A stretch of DNA of 64,000 nt from Nitrospirota bacterium (GTDB lineage: Bacteria; Nitrospirota; UBA9217): assembly GCA_963790205.1 (NCBI GenBank), contig CAWBNQ010000001.1:544001-608000 (forward strand). The letters are read 5' to 3'. Below the pieces are notes generated by a model. It did not search any database, was not told the origin of the DNA, and worked only from the letters and a program-made list of their open reading frames with translations. A program made the translations under genes and the position numbers. Below are positions 56,436-64,000 of this stretch, in pieces. Position 1 is the first letter of the stretch, and every line of letters begins with the position of its first letter.

Positions 56436-57479
56436 CTAGAGAAAATTGGGTGACACTTTTCCGTTGATCGTAACGGTAATAAACCCTTTCATCCTCAGCC
56501 AGGCCTCGACGGCGATCCGCCAGGCTGCTTGCGACTGAACACTACCATCACTGCATAGTATATCACCTTGCAAGTTTGTCATCCAGTCATAGGCAGCGCT
56601 CCTTTCCCATTTGGTAAACGTTTTTTTGTTCGTGAAGTACACTTGGCAGGCGTTGCCGCCATGCAGGCACGGACGGGGTTGGTGGTTAAGGTCATGTTCA
56701 ACCGTCGATGCATATGCCTCCATGTGCTCGCGCGGACAACTGGACTTATACAAGAGTTTTGCAGCAAGCCCGTTCTTCAGCTCGGTTTGTGCCTCTTCGA
56801 TCGCGCCGTTGTAGGGCGGATAATGGACTGGACTGTTCAACGGCAGGACGAAGTAGTCGGCGAGCACAGCATTGACCGCTGCATGATTCAGGTTCGCGCC
56901 ATTGTCGCGCTTGAGGAACAGAGGCGCACCGAAGCGATCGAAGGTCGCTGCGAGATAGCCGGATATCTCTTCGCCGCAGGGCACATCTCCCGTCATAGGA
57001 GTGAACTTGTAGCGAGACGCGAGGTCCTGCATATGGTTCAGGTACACCTTGCCACCGTCTGTGTCACGATGTTTGTATTCACAGGGGTCCATTGACCACG
57101 CGACGTTTGGCACGTTCCAGCTGATCCGCCGCAGATTCTGACGATGGAGTGTATTGAGGTCATGCCTCGCCATAGCGACCATGCTCTGCAGGTCTCGCCG
57201 TGACACAGAGGACGCGTGGCTCCCGTATAATGCGCCCGTGCCCTGCGTGCGGCTCTGCCCGTGAGACAGCTTTGCGATATCCCCTGTAATCCCCTCAAGA
57301 TCCGGAGGCTTGACCTTGGGAGGACCCGGTTGCCGCACGAGGGGCGTGGCGTTCTTCTGTCGCAGACGCCAACGGATAAAGCTCGGGTAGGGGAGCCTCA
57401 CGGCACTGCAGATCTCCTGGTAGTGCATACCGGTTTTCTCTCTCATCCGGTCAACAACGGCAAGCATACTGGTTATCAT
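56436..57479 (-). CDS. rve/DDE integrase-type transposase
   Basis: AWSMD, QDLASRY, KRDNG, PPYNGAIE, NHQPRPCL. Confidence 0.8.
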   Translation of the reverse strand: MITSMLAVVDRMREKTGMHYQEICSAVRLPYPSFIRWRLRQKNATPLVRQPGPPKVKPPDLEGITGDIAKLSHGQSRTQGTGALYGSHASSVSRRDLQSMVAMARHDLNTLHRQNLRRISWNVPNVAWSMDPCEYKHRDTDGGKVYLNHMQDLASRYKFTPMTGDVPCGEEISGYLAATFDRFGAPLFLKRDNGANLNHAAVNAVLADYFVLPLNSPVHYPPYNGAIEEAQTELKNGLAAKLLYKSSCPREHMEAYASTVEHDLNHQPRPCLHGGNACQVYFTNKKTFTKWERSAAYDWMTNLQGDILCSDGSVQSQAAWRIAVEAWLRMKGFITVTINGKVSPNFL

Positions 57480-57862
57480 TTCTTCCTTCGCTTTCGTTTT
57501 TTTTCCTCCGACTCGTCAGCTCTTTTTTTCACACGGGCATTGTGGAGTTCATACGCGTGCAGCATGTCCCGCACTTCTACCGTTTTCTTAGCGACAAAGA
57601 GCTTGTTCTGGAGCTCAGCGATTTGCTCCTGTAAACGCTGTTTCTCCTCGTCCTGCGGTATACTCGGCCTTCCAGGGGATTTATCCTCCATGGCCTCGGT
57701 CATCGCCTGTAATGCCCGGCGCTCCCACTCGTAGTAGGTCTTCCGCGACACGCCGAGCCTCCGTGCGCCTTCCTCGGCCGTGATCTGGCCGCTGCGCACT
57801 GCAAACACCACCGCAGTCCGCTTTCGGGCAAGCTCCTTGTCTTCTGAGTCGCTCATGCACAC
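57476..57862 (-). CDS. HTH + coiled-coil protein (IS OrfA-like)
   Basis: ITAEEGARRLGVSRKTYYEWE..PGRP; ATGA overlap with the integrase gene. Confidence 0.75.
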   Translation of the reverse strand: MCMSDSEDKELARKRTAVVFAVRSGQITAEEGARRLGVSRKTYYEWERRALQAMTEAMEDKSPGRPSIPQDEEKQRLQEQIAELQNKLFVAKKTVEVRDMLHAYELHNARVKKRADESEEKKRKRRKK

Positions 57863-57873
57863 CGACCTTTCCG

Positions 57874-58269
57874 TTATGGGGTCTCAGCCTTGCGCAGGGG
57901 GGAGCTTTCGGGCTTCAGGTCCTTTAGCTTCTCCGGTTTCCTTGCTTCCTGCGCCTTCGACAGCGTCTTTTCCAGCCTGTTCTGTACCGGGAGCATCAGG
58001 CGCTTTTTCTCCAGCATCGTCTGCAGCCGCGGGCTGAGCGCCGGCCCCTTGTCCAGGATCACCCGGGGTTCCAGAGCCTGGAGCATTCCCTCCATCGCCC
58101 GTTTCTGCCACTGGGAGAGCACCATCCACGGTATCCCCATCTCCCGGCATACTTCCGCCGGCCTCCGCCGCTCCGTCCATATTGAGAGAACCGCCCGGCA
58201 TTTCTCCATCGCCCCGTGGTTTGTCATCTGCCGCTTCTTCTCGCTTTTTATCTTCTCCGTTTTTTCCAT
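57874..58269 (-). CDS. HTH protein overlapping the tail of the large transposase
   Basis: EKCRAVLSIW..PAEVCREMGI..LSQWQKRAMEGM; AAGGGG RBS upstream. Confidence 0.65.
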   Translation of the reverse strand: MEKTEKIKSEKKRQMTNHGAMEKCRAVLSIWTERRRPAEVCREMGIPWMVLSQWQKRAMEGMLQALEPRVILDKGPALSPRLQTMLEKKRLMLPVQNRLEKTLSKAQEARKPEKLKDLKPESSPLRKAETP

Positions 58270-59431
58270 GGCCGGCCCCTTCTTCGTTTAGATTGTAGAC
58301 TACTTCCTGCGTGGTGTCATCCTCTTCATCGTCAACCGATAGACGCAGCTTGCCCTTTTCCGCCCGCAGCACTACCGACTGCCCCTCCATGCGGCCCACC
58401 ATGTAGAACGGCAGCTTGGGCTTCCCGCGGAGCGCCATCTCGAGGAGATTCTCCTGGATGCCATGCTCGATCGTCTTCCTGAGCTCGCTCTGGATCTCAA
58501 AATACCGGTCCGCGGGACACAGGCCGCCGATCCCCTGGTGCGGTCGTTTGTGGTTGTAATACTTCACCCACTGCCGTATCCGCTCGGCGGCGTCCTCGAA
58601 GCTATCGAACTGCGCTCTGACAAGAAACTCCAGGTAGATCGTCTTCCAGAACCGTTCGATTTTGCCCAGGGTCATAGGGTGGTGTGGTTGGGATTTGATG
58701 TGGTGGATCTTGTCTTTCTTGAGCTCCAGCTCAAAACGGCTGTGCCCGCGCCAGCTCGTATACTGCCGCCCGTTATCCGTGAGCATCTCTTTCGGCGGGT
58801 TGTACTCGGAGGACGCCCGGCGGTATACCTCGATAACGTTCTGGCCCGTCTGAGTGCGGAAAAGCTCGAGCCCCGTGATGTAGCGGGAGTAATCATCGAT
58901 GTAGCCGATCAGGTACGCATAGTGGCCGCCAAGACGGAACGTGAAGATGTCCGTTTGCCACAGCTGGTTCGGCGTTGATCGTTCGAAAAAACGGGGACGG
59001 GTGATATTACGCTGACGCTTCTTAGGCGGGGACTTGATGAGGGATGAATCGTGAAGGGTCTTGCGGACTGTTTCAGGGCTGGCGGAAAGAAAAAACGCCC
59101 TCTTTAAAACCTGTGAAATGCGCTTGATGCCGAAGAGCGGGTTGGCTTCTTTTACCTCGACGATCTTCTGCCTTACCGGAGAAGGAAGACTGCGCCCCTT
59201 ACCTCTGTAATGCGTTGCGAGCCCCGCTTCGCCATGACGACGATAGTCGCGCACCCAGCGCCCGACCGTCCCACTGCTCAATCCGCATTCCTGCCGAATC
59301 ACCGAAGCAGGGACGCTTTCTTCAACAAACTTTTTGACGACTTGAAGCTTGAAATCCGGTCCATACCGCTTGCTTCGTTTCGGGAACTTCCTTTTCCTGC
59401 CTACTTGCTGTATACTCTTTTCTGGTTTCAT
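57884..59431 (-). CDS. IS481-like transposase (HTH + rve)
   Basis: YGPDFKLQVV, PNQLWQTD, IDDYSRY, LTDNG, GKIERF, YNHKRPHQGI. Confidence 0.88.
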   Translation of the reverse strand: MKPEKSIQQVGRKRKFPKRSKRYGPDFKLQVVKKFVEESVPASVIRQECGLSSGTVGRWVRDYRRHGEAGLATHYRGKGRSLPSPVRQKIVEVKEANPLFGIKRISQVLKRAFFLSASPETVRKTLHDSSLIKSPPKKRQRNITRPRFFERSTPNQLWQTDIFTFRLGGHYAYLIGYIDDYSRYITGLELFRTQTGQNVIEVYRRASSEYNPPKEMLTDNGRQYTSWRGHSRFELELKKDKIHHIKSQPHHPMTLGKIERFWKTIYLEFLVRAQFDSFEDAAERIRQWVKYYNHKRPHQGIGGLCPADRYFEIQSELRKTIEHGIQENLLEMALRGKPKLPFYMVGRMEGQSVVLRAEKGKLRLSVDDEEDDTTQEVVYNLNEEGAGHGKNGEDKKREEAADDKPRGDGEMPGGSLNMDGAAEAGGSMPGDGDTVDGALPVAETGDGGNAPGSGTPGDPGQGAGAQPAAADDAGEKAPDAPGTEQAGKDAVEGAGSKETGEAKGPEARKLPPAQG

Positions 59432-59515
59432 GATGACACTCCTTTCAAAACCTAACTTTGGAGTGTCACCCTATTTCCTCAAATCCTTGTTATCATAAAC
59501 TGGTCGCTAGGACAC

Positions 59516-59624
59516 CACGAAGAGTGCCCTGTTCTTTTCTGTACTCACCATTCGCAACTACAAATAAATCGAAAGGTTTTCTGAAAACCGGATTAAGCTG
59601 GCCGTTGCTCCAAGTAGAGTTCTG
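59516..59624 (-). pseudogene. second, diverged copy of the serine-recombinase 3' end
   Basis: Starts CACGAAGAGTGCCCTGTTCTTTT, identical to 53240-53262, and stays alignable up to GAGTTC (53240-53346). Confidence 0.75.
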
Positions 59625-59650
59625 GTAAGGGGAATTACGGCATTCTCAGT

Positions 59651-59679
59651 TTGACAAGGTGTGCCATAAGTGTTACACT
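59651..59679 (+). promoter_or_regulatory. TA operon sigma70 promoter with a palindromic operator
   Basis: TTGACA-N17-TACACT; the palindrome AGTGT-T-ACACT (59669-79) covers the -10 box. Confidence 0.65.
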
Positions 59680-59701
59680 ATGTCTCGTGGAGGTGATGGT
59701 T

Positions 59702-59926
59702 ATGCCGGTAAAAAATCCAAGGATCAATGTGGTTTTTGAAAAGCCGATTTACAGCACAATCGAACGACTTGCAATAAAGGAAGGTATTTCTCTGTCGCTC
59801 AAGGTGCGTGATCTCGTAAAAGAAGCGCTTGAGATCGAAGAGGATATCGCGCTTTCTGCATTTGCGGAGAAAAGAGAGAAGACGTTCACAAAGTCTAAAG
59901 CTTTGAAACACCACGAGGTCTGGTGA
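59702..59926 (+). CDS. RHH-type antitoxin (RelB-like)
   Basis: KNPRINVVFE..SLSLKVRDLVKEALEIEED; GTGA overlap with the toxin gene. Confidence 0.8.
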   Translation: MPVKNPRINVVFEKPIYSTIERLAIKEGISLSLKVRDLVKEALEIEEDIALSAFAEKREKTFTKSKALKHHEVW

Positions 59927-60205
59927 TCGTGCCGTTTGGGCTGAGATATCATCCGGACGTCAAGGCAATTGATATTCTCCGACTTGACGCAAAGCTGAAA
60001 ACCCGCATTAAGCACGCCATTGAAACGAGACTCACAACGGAACCTCAGCAGTATGGCGCACCTTTACGGAAAACACTTCATGGTTACTGGAAGCTGCGCG
60101 TAGGTGATTACCGTGTTGTTTTTAAGATCGTCGGGTCAGAAGTCTGGATACTGGGCATCATACATAGAAAGTAAGGTCTATGAAGCAATAGAAAAGAGGC
60201 TCTGA
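59923..60205 (+). CDS. RelE/ParE-family toxin (extra base near 60172 truncates the last ~10 aa)
   Basis: GAPLRKTLHGYWKLRVGDYRVVF..IIHRK; the shifted frame continues KVYEAIEKRL*. Confidence 0.85.
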
Positions 60206-60448
60206 TTAATAGCCAGGCTCTTTTAGGAGTTTTTTTGCCAGGGTTTGTAGCAGGCATATCGCATTTGGAGAAGGGAAGATATTACTTGCTTCGTCTACAA
60301 AGGGAGCCATACCTTTCCAAGGGGCTGCTTTAAAGCGGCGAAACCGGCCCTTTTCATTTCCCTGCCTTTCAACTTGCCTTTTCCTGCTAATTATATTATC
60401 GTTATCACCTTGTGATGCATTCGTAATATATAAGGAAGCGACTCGCTA

Positions 60449-61927
60449 ATGGCCTCGTTGATCATTAAAAAACGGATACAGCTCCCGCTGCCGTCGGACG
60501 ACGACCGGCGGGCGGACGCCGAGCGCATTAAAGACACGCTCGGGCTTGCGCCAGTCGCGATCCCGCTTTCGGTCTTGAAAAAGGTCTCCGCGCAGATCAA
60601 GAAGCAGAAGGGCGCCCTCTCGTGCATCGTAGGACGCACGGGGAACAGTTATAAGCTCATCGATACCGGGTGCGAGCACTCGTACTCCCTCGCCCTCGAC
60701 CTCGGCACCACGAATCTCGTTCTTCTCCTCTACGACAATATCTCTCAGCAAACGCTCCTCTCCCAGAGCTTCGAGAACCCCCAGATCGCCTTCGGGAGCG
60801 ACATCCTCACGCGTATGCACCATGCCATGTCCGCGCGCGCGAACGAGGTCTACGGCTCGCTCAAGGAAGGCATCAATCGGGCCGCGAAAACGCTGTGCGA
60901 AAAAGCAGGGATCGCAGCCGATGACGTGCACACCTTCGTCGTTGCCGGCAACACGGTTATGAGCCATTTCTTTCTCGGCCTTGATATCAGCACCATCCCG
61001 GTGGACCCTTTCGTGCCCGTGGTCAGGACGCCGGGGTTCTTCACGGCTTCTGAGCTCGGCCTGGACATAAATCCCGAAGCGCTCGTGTACGTGTTCCCGA
61101 ATGCAGGCAGCTACGTGGGGGGCGATACCGTGGCCGGGATCATCGCGGCGGGGATCCACCGTTCAACCAGGATATCGGTCCTGATCGACGTGGGAACCAA
61201 TGCCGAGATCGTGATCGGGAACAAAGACTGGATGCTGGTCGGCGCCGGGGCCGCCGGTCCGGCGCTTGAAGAGGGTATTACGCGGATCGGGAAGCGGGCG
61301 AGCAAGGGCATCATCTACGACGTCGAGATCAAAAGCGGATCGATCGCCTGCAAGACTTTCGACGAGCACGCGCCCGAGGGCATTTGCGGCTCGGGCATGG
61401 TGAGCCTGCTCTTTGAGCTCTACAACGCCGGGACCATAGACAAGAGCGGCGTGCTGAACCCCGCCAAAAAAAATGTGGTGCTTGTCGAAGGCGAGCCCGC
61501 CTACGCCATCGTCTGCGGCTGCGGCGACGCGCTTTATATCCGGCAGAGCGAGCTCCAGAACTTCATGAAGTCGAAGGCGGCCATGTTCACCCTGCTCCTG
61601 GTGCTCGTACGCTCCGTGGGGATCGGGTTCAAGGACATCGCCCGCGTCTTTGTCTCCGGCGCGCTCGGCACCGGCATCGACGCGAACAAGGCCGTGGCCA
61701 TCGGCATGCTCCCTGCCTGGCCCGCGGCAATCGTGAAACCCCTCGGCAACTCGTCTCTTGAAGGCGCGCGCCTGCTGCTCGTCGACGGCGAGCTGGTCCA
61801 AACGATCGACGCGGTCACTGCGAAGATCACCTACAAGCATATGCACGACGACCCGGAATTCATGAAGGAATACCTCGGTGCGGTGTTCATCCCCCATACG
61901 AACCTCGAGCTGCTGAAGGCGACGTAA
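60449..61927 (+). CDS. second ASKHA/RACo-like protein lacking the N-terminal 2Fe-2S domain
   Basis: ALDLGTTN, NPQIAFGSDILTR, DVGTNAE, AAGPALE, GICGSG, SGALG, GNSS. Confidence 0.85.
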   Translation: MASLIIKKRIQLPLPSDDDRRADAERIKDTLGLAPVAIPLSVLKKVSAQIKKQKGALSCIVGRTGNSYKLIDTGCEHSYSLALDLGTTNLVLLLYDNISQQTLLSQSFENPQIAFGSDILTRMHHAMSARANEVYGSLKEGINRAAKTLCEKAGIAADDVHTFVVAGNTVMSHFFLGLDISTIPVDPFVPVVRTPGFFTASELGLDINPEALVYVFPNAGSYVGGDTVAGIIAAGIHRSTRISVLIDVGTNAEIVIGNKDWMLVGAGAAGPALEEGITRIGKRASKGIIYDVEIKSGSIACKTFDEHAPEGICGSGMVSLLFELYNAGTIDKSGVLNPAKKNVVLVEGEPAYAIVCGCGDALYIRQSELQNFMKSKAAMFTLLLVLVRSVGIGFKDIARVFVSGALGTGIDANKAVAIGMLPAWPAAIVKPLGNSSLEGARLLLVDGELVQTIDAVTAKITYKHMHDDPEFMKEYLGAVFIPHTNLELLKAT

Positions 61928-62038
61928 TGGAAATCAACCTTTGATGAACTCGTAATAAGTCAAGATTTGCTACAAAAATCCACAAAAAGCACAAAGGTAA
62001 AACCTTAAAAAACCCAAAGGATTTTTTTGAGAGACGTC

Positions 62039-62109
62039 TATCCGCAGATTACGCAGATAAAAGCGAATCCGAATTCTGGTTTTAAAATCTGCGTCCATCT
62101 GCGTAATCT
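62039..62109. repeat. 9-bp-periodic palindromic repeat, interrupted by IS110 (remainder at 63531-63539)
   Basis: TATCCGCAGATTACGCAGAT ... ATCTGCGTCCATCTGCGTAATCT | GCGGATA. Confidence 0.75.
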
Positions 62110-62184
62110 TCTATGTTAAAAAGCAAGTCTTTCTTTTGGCATAAACGCATCTCTTTTATTAAGGAGCGATTTATAGCGAACGCA

Positions 62185-62340
62185 ATCTTCAAACCCAATC
62201 TTCTATGAGCAGACAGTCTTCGTTGATGAAGAAAACGCTGCATTGCCTTGATTAATTATGAAGGCGTGGGTTCGTAGTCTGTGGAAGCACAGACGGCATC
62301 TTTCGATCCGCTGTAGATTACGCAAGACGATACCCACGGT
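62185..62340 (-). ncRNA. putative bridge/seek RNA of the IS1111-type element
   Basis: Two stem-internal-loop-stem modules; loop strands match the target (TGCGTAATCT, TCCACAGA) and the element end (CATAGAAGA). Confidence 0.7.
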
Positions 62341-62378
62341 GAAACACGGGTTTAAGATCGGCTATAAATATCGGTTTT

Positions 62379-63449
62379 TTATTGAACAACCGCCGTAGTG
62401 TATTCTTGTTGGTTCTTTAAAACGTACCGGACGCGGTTTAACAGCTTCCGGGCGATCCGAACGATAGCTTTGGTCTTTGTCATGTGTTTGCACAGCTCAT
62501 TGAACGCCATCATTAGGGCAGGGTCTTTTCGCACCGCCGTCCAAGCGCTTTCGATCAAGACGAAGCGAAGCTGGGCGTTCCGCCTGCCGGTCATGCCGGT
62601 TTTAAGGTCCTTTTCCCCGCTGGAATCGGTATCGGGGATAAGGCCAACGTAGCTGCAGAGTTTGTCGAGCGTCTTGAAACGATTGATGTCATACAGCTCC
62701 GTCAAGAGCATCATCGCGGTCAAGGTACTGATTCCCGGCACGGTCTTAAGTATCCGGACATTGTTCCGATAGTCGTCCGAATTGGCCAGGGCGCGGATCG
62801 CCCGGTTCATCTCGGCAATGATATGCCGAAGATGCTTAAGCTCGTCTAAGTGTATCTTGAGTGATAGGTTGCCGCTGGCCCGCTCCATTTGTACGGACTC
62901 GATCCAATTGATGAAGCGTTTGGACCAGTAACCGTTGATGAAATCGTCCGGTATGTCGATACCGTAAAAGCTCAGGATCGACTTGATCTGGTTCTTGCAG
63001 CGAGTTTGTTTCCTTACCATGCTATTTCGAGTACGAAGGAGGCTGCGGTCCTCGACTTTTGGTCGCGTAGGGACATAGATCCCTTCGATGTCGCCGTTTC
63101 TGAGGCTCCGGGCTAGCTTGCGGCAGTCCACCCGGTCGGTCTTGCCTGCGCGCTCTTTGTCTTTTGTGGGCACATCCGCCGGATTGACCACGAGACATTG
63201 TATGCCTCGCTCCTGAAGCCGGTCATGTATCCAGAAACCGGAGTAACCGGCCTCATAGACCGACTTATAGGCTGCACCCGGAAAATTGCGTTTGAGATAG
63301 TTTACCAGCACCCCGACCTCCGGAGGTTGTGAAAAGGTCTTATGCTCGAACTGATCGGTAAAAATACTGATGCTCCAACTTTTCTTATGAATGTCCATAC
63401 CGACATAAATTTGTTGACCAGTGAAATCGAGTCTGCTAACGTTATTCAT
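62379..63449 (-). CDS. IS110-family DEDD recombinase/transposase
   Basis: YVGMDIHK, YEAG, KTDRVDC, TVPGI, YVGLIP..SSG. Confidence 0.95.
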   Translation of the reverse strand: MNNVSRLDFTGQQIYVGMDIHKKSWSISIFTDQFEHKTFSQPPEVGVLVNYLKRNFPGAAYKSVYEAGYSGFWIHDRLQERGIQCLVVNPADVPTKDKERAGKTDRVDCRKLARSLRNGDIEGIYVPTRPKVEDRSLLRTRNSMVRKQTRCKNQIKSILSFYGIDIPDDFINGYWSKRFINWIESVQMERASGNLSLKIHLDELKHLRHIIAEMNRAIRALANSDDYRNNVRILKTVPGISTLTAMMLLTELYDINRFKTLDKLCSYVGLIPDTDSSGEKDLKTGMTGRRNAQLRFVLIESAWTAVRKDPALMMAFNELCKHMTKTKAIVRIARKLLNRVRYVLKNQQEYTTAVVQ

Positions 63450-63636
63450 GGCAAGTCTCCTTTTGGTGTATTTTGGTCCGGGATAGACCTAATATACCTT
63501 AAGTCAGACTTGCCTTTTTAATCATAAGGTCTGCGGATAAAAAATGACCCGAGTAGTTACGGAGGATTTAAAATTACTCACTTCAAATCCTCAATTTGGC
63601 GCTTGAGATTCGGCATTTGCCAGATCGGAGCAGACC

Positions 63637-64000
63637 ATAAAGACCTATTTCGAGTTCGAGAAGCACAATACGGATTTTAAGAAAGAAACTTTGGCGGGGA
63701 TCACGACTTTCCTCACCATGTCCTACATCATCGTGGTAAACCCCGCGATCCTGGAGGCGGCGGGCATTCCCAAGGGGCCGTCAATGACCGCCACGATCCT
63801 CGCGGCCGCGTTCGGCACGCTTCTCATGGGCGTCTACGCCAAACGGCCGTTCGCCGTGGCGCCCTATATGGGCGAGAACGCCTTCATCGCCTTCACCGTG
63901 GTCAGGGCGTTCGGCGCCTCCTGGCAGACGGCGCTCGGCGCGATCTTCATCGCCGGCGTCCTGTTCACGCTGCTCACGGTCTTAAAAATACGCGGGTGGC
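63637..64000 (+). CDS. NCS2/AzgA-type purine permease (partial, runs off window)
   Basis: Manual translation KTYFEFEKHNTDFKKETLAGITTFLTMSYIIVVNPAIL..APYMGENAF; only ATA (63637, after GGAG) is available as an in-frame start. Confidence 0.88.
   Translation, partial: MKTYFEFEKHNTDFKKETLAGITTFLTMSYIIVVNPAILEAAGIPKGPSMTATILAAAFGTLLMGVYAKRPFAVAPYMGENAFIAFTVVRAFGASWQTALGAIFIAGVLFTLLTVLKIRGW

Larger units (their letters stand above)
56406..59514 (-). mobile_element. 3.1-kb IS481/IS3-like element carrying two DDE transposase genes
   Basis: 25-bp imperfect TIRs TGTGCACGCTAGCAGTTTATGATAA (56406-30) and rc TGTCCTAGCGACCAGTTTATGATAA (59490-514); no target-site duplication. Confidence 0.8.
62110..63530 (-). 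mobile_element. IS110-family (IS1111-type) insertion sequence
   Basis: Sub-terminal IRs TATGTTAAAAAGCAAGTCT (62112-30) and AGACTTGCCTTTTTAATCATA (63506-26); (T)CT core at both junctions; long 3' non-coding end. Confidence 0.88.

Overview
This window is the replication-origin region of a GC-rich anaerobic bacterium. The gene content (porCDAB, mglAB, dsrE2-tusA, corrinoid enzymes) suggests Nitrospirota or a deltaproteobacterium-like lineage; the taxonomy is inference. The housekeeping backbone is yidC-yidD-rnpA-rpmH, a probable oriC, dnaA-dnaN-gyrB-gyrA, serS with four tRNA-Ser genes, tRNA-Arg-tadA, SRP RNA, dnaX-ebfC-recR, porCDAB, mglBA and tRNA-Asn. The standout accessory locus (about 5.7-18.7 kb) is a co-oriented, methanogen-like methyl-transfer cluster in a bacterium. 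It encodes two MtaA/CmuA-type Zn-thiol methyltransferases, an MtrH/MtgA-like methyltransferase, a corrinoid protein, a RACo/RamA-like activator and an HdrE/HdrD-like pair. It ends with cysteate synthase and a fused sulfopyruvate decarboxylase ComDE, the core of the Methanosarcinales-type coenzyme M pathway. Also present: a small integron cassette array with three attC sites, nuclease/HEPN cargo and no integrase in view. A decayed island at tRNA-Asn carries a serine recombinase remnant, a helicase fragment, a truncated RT-like gene and a RelBE-like pair, and is cut by a 3.1-kb element with two DDE transposases. An IS110/IS1111 element sits inside a palindromic repeat, and its 3' non-coding end has a bridge-RNA-like fold whose guides match the target. 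Five single-base frameshifts, including gyrA and dnaX, are probably sequencing errors. All calls are motif-based by eye; no database searches were run.
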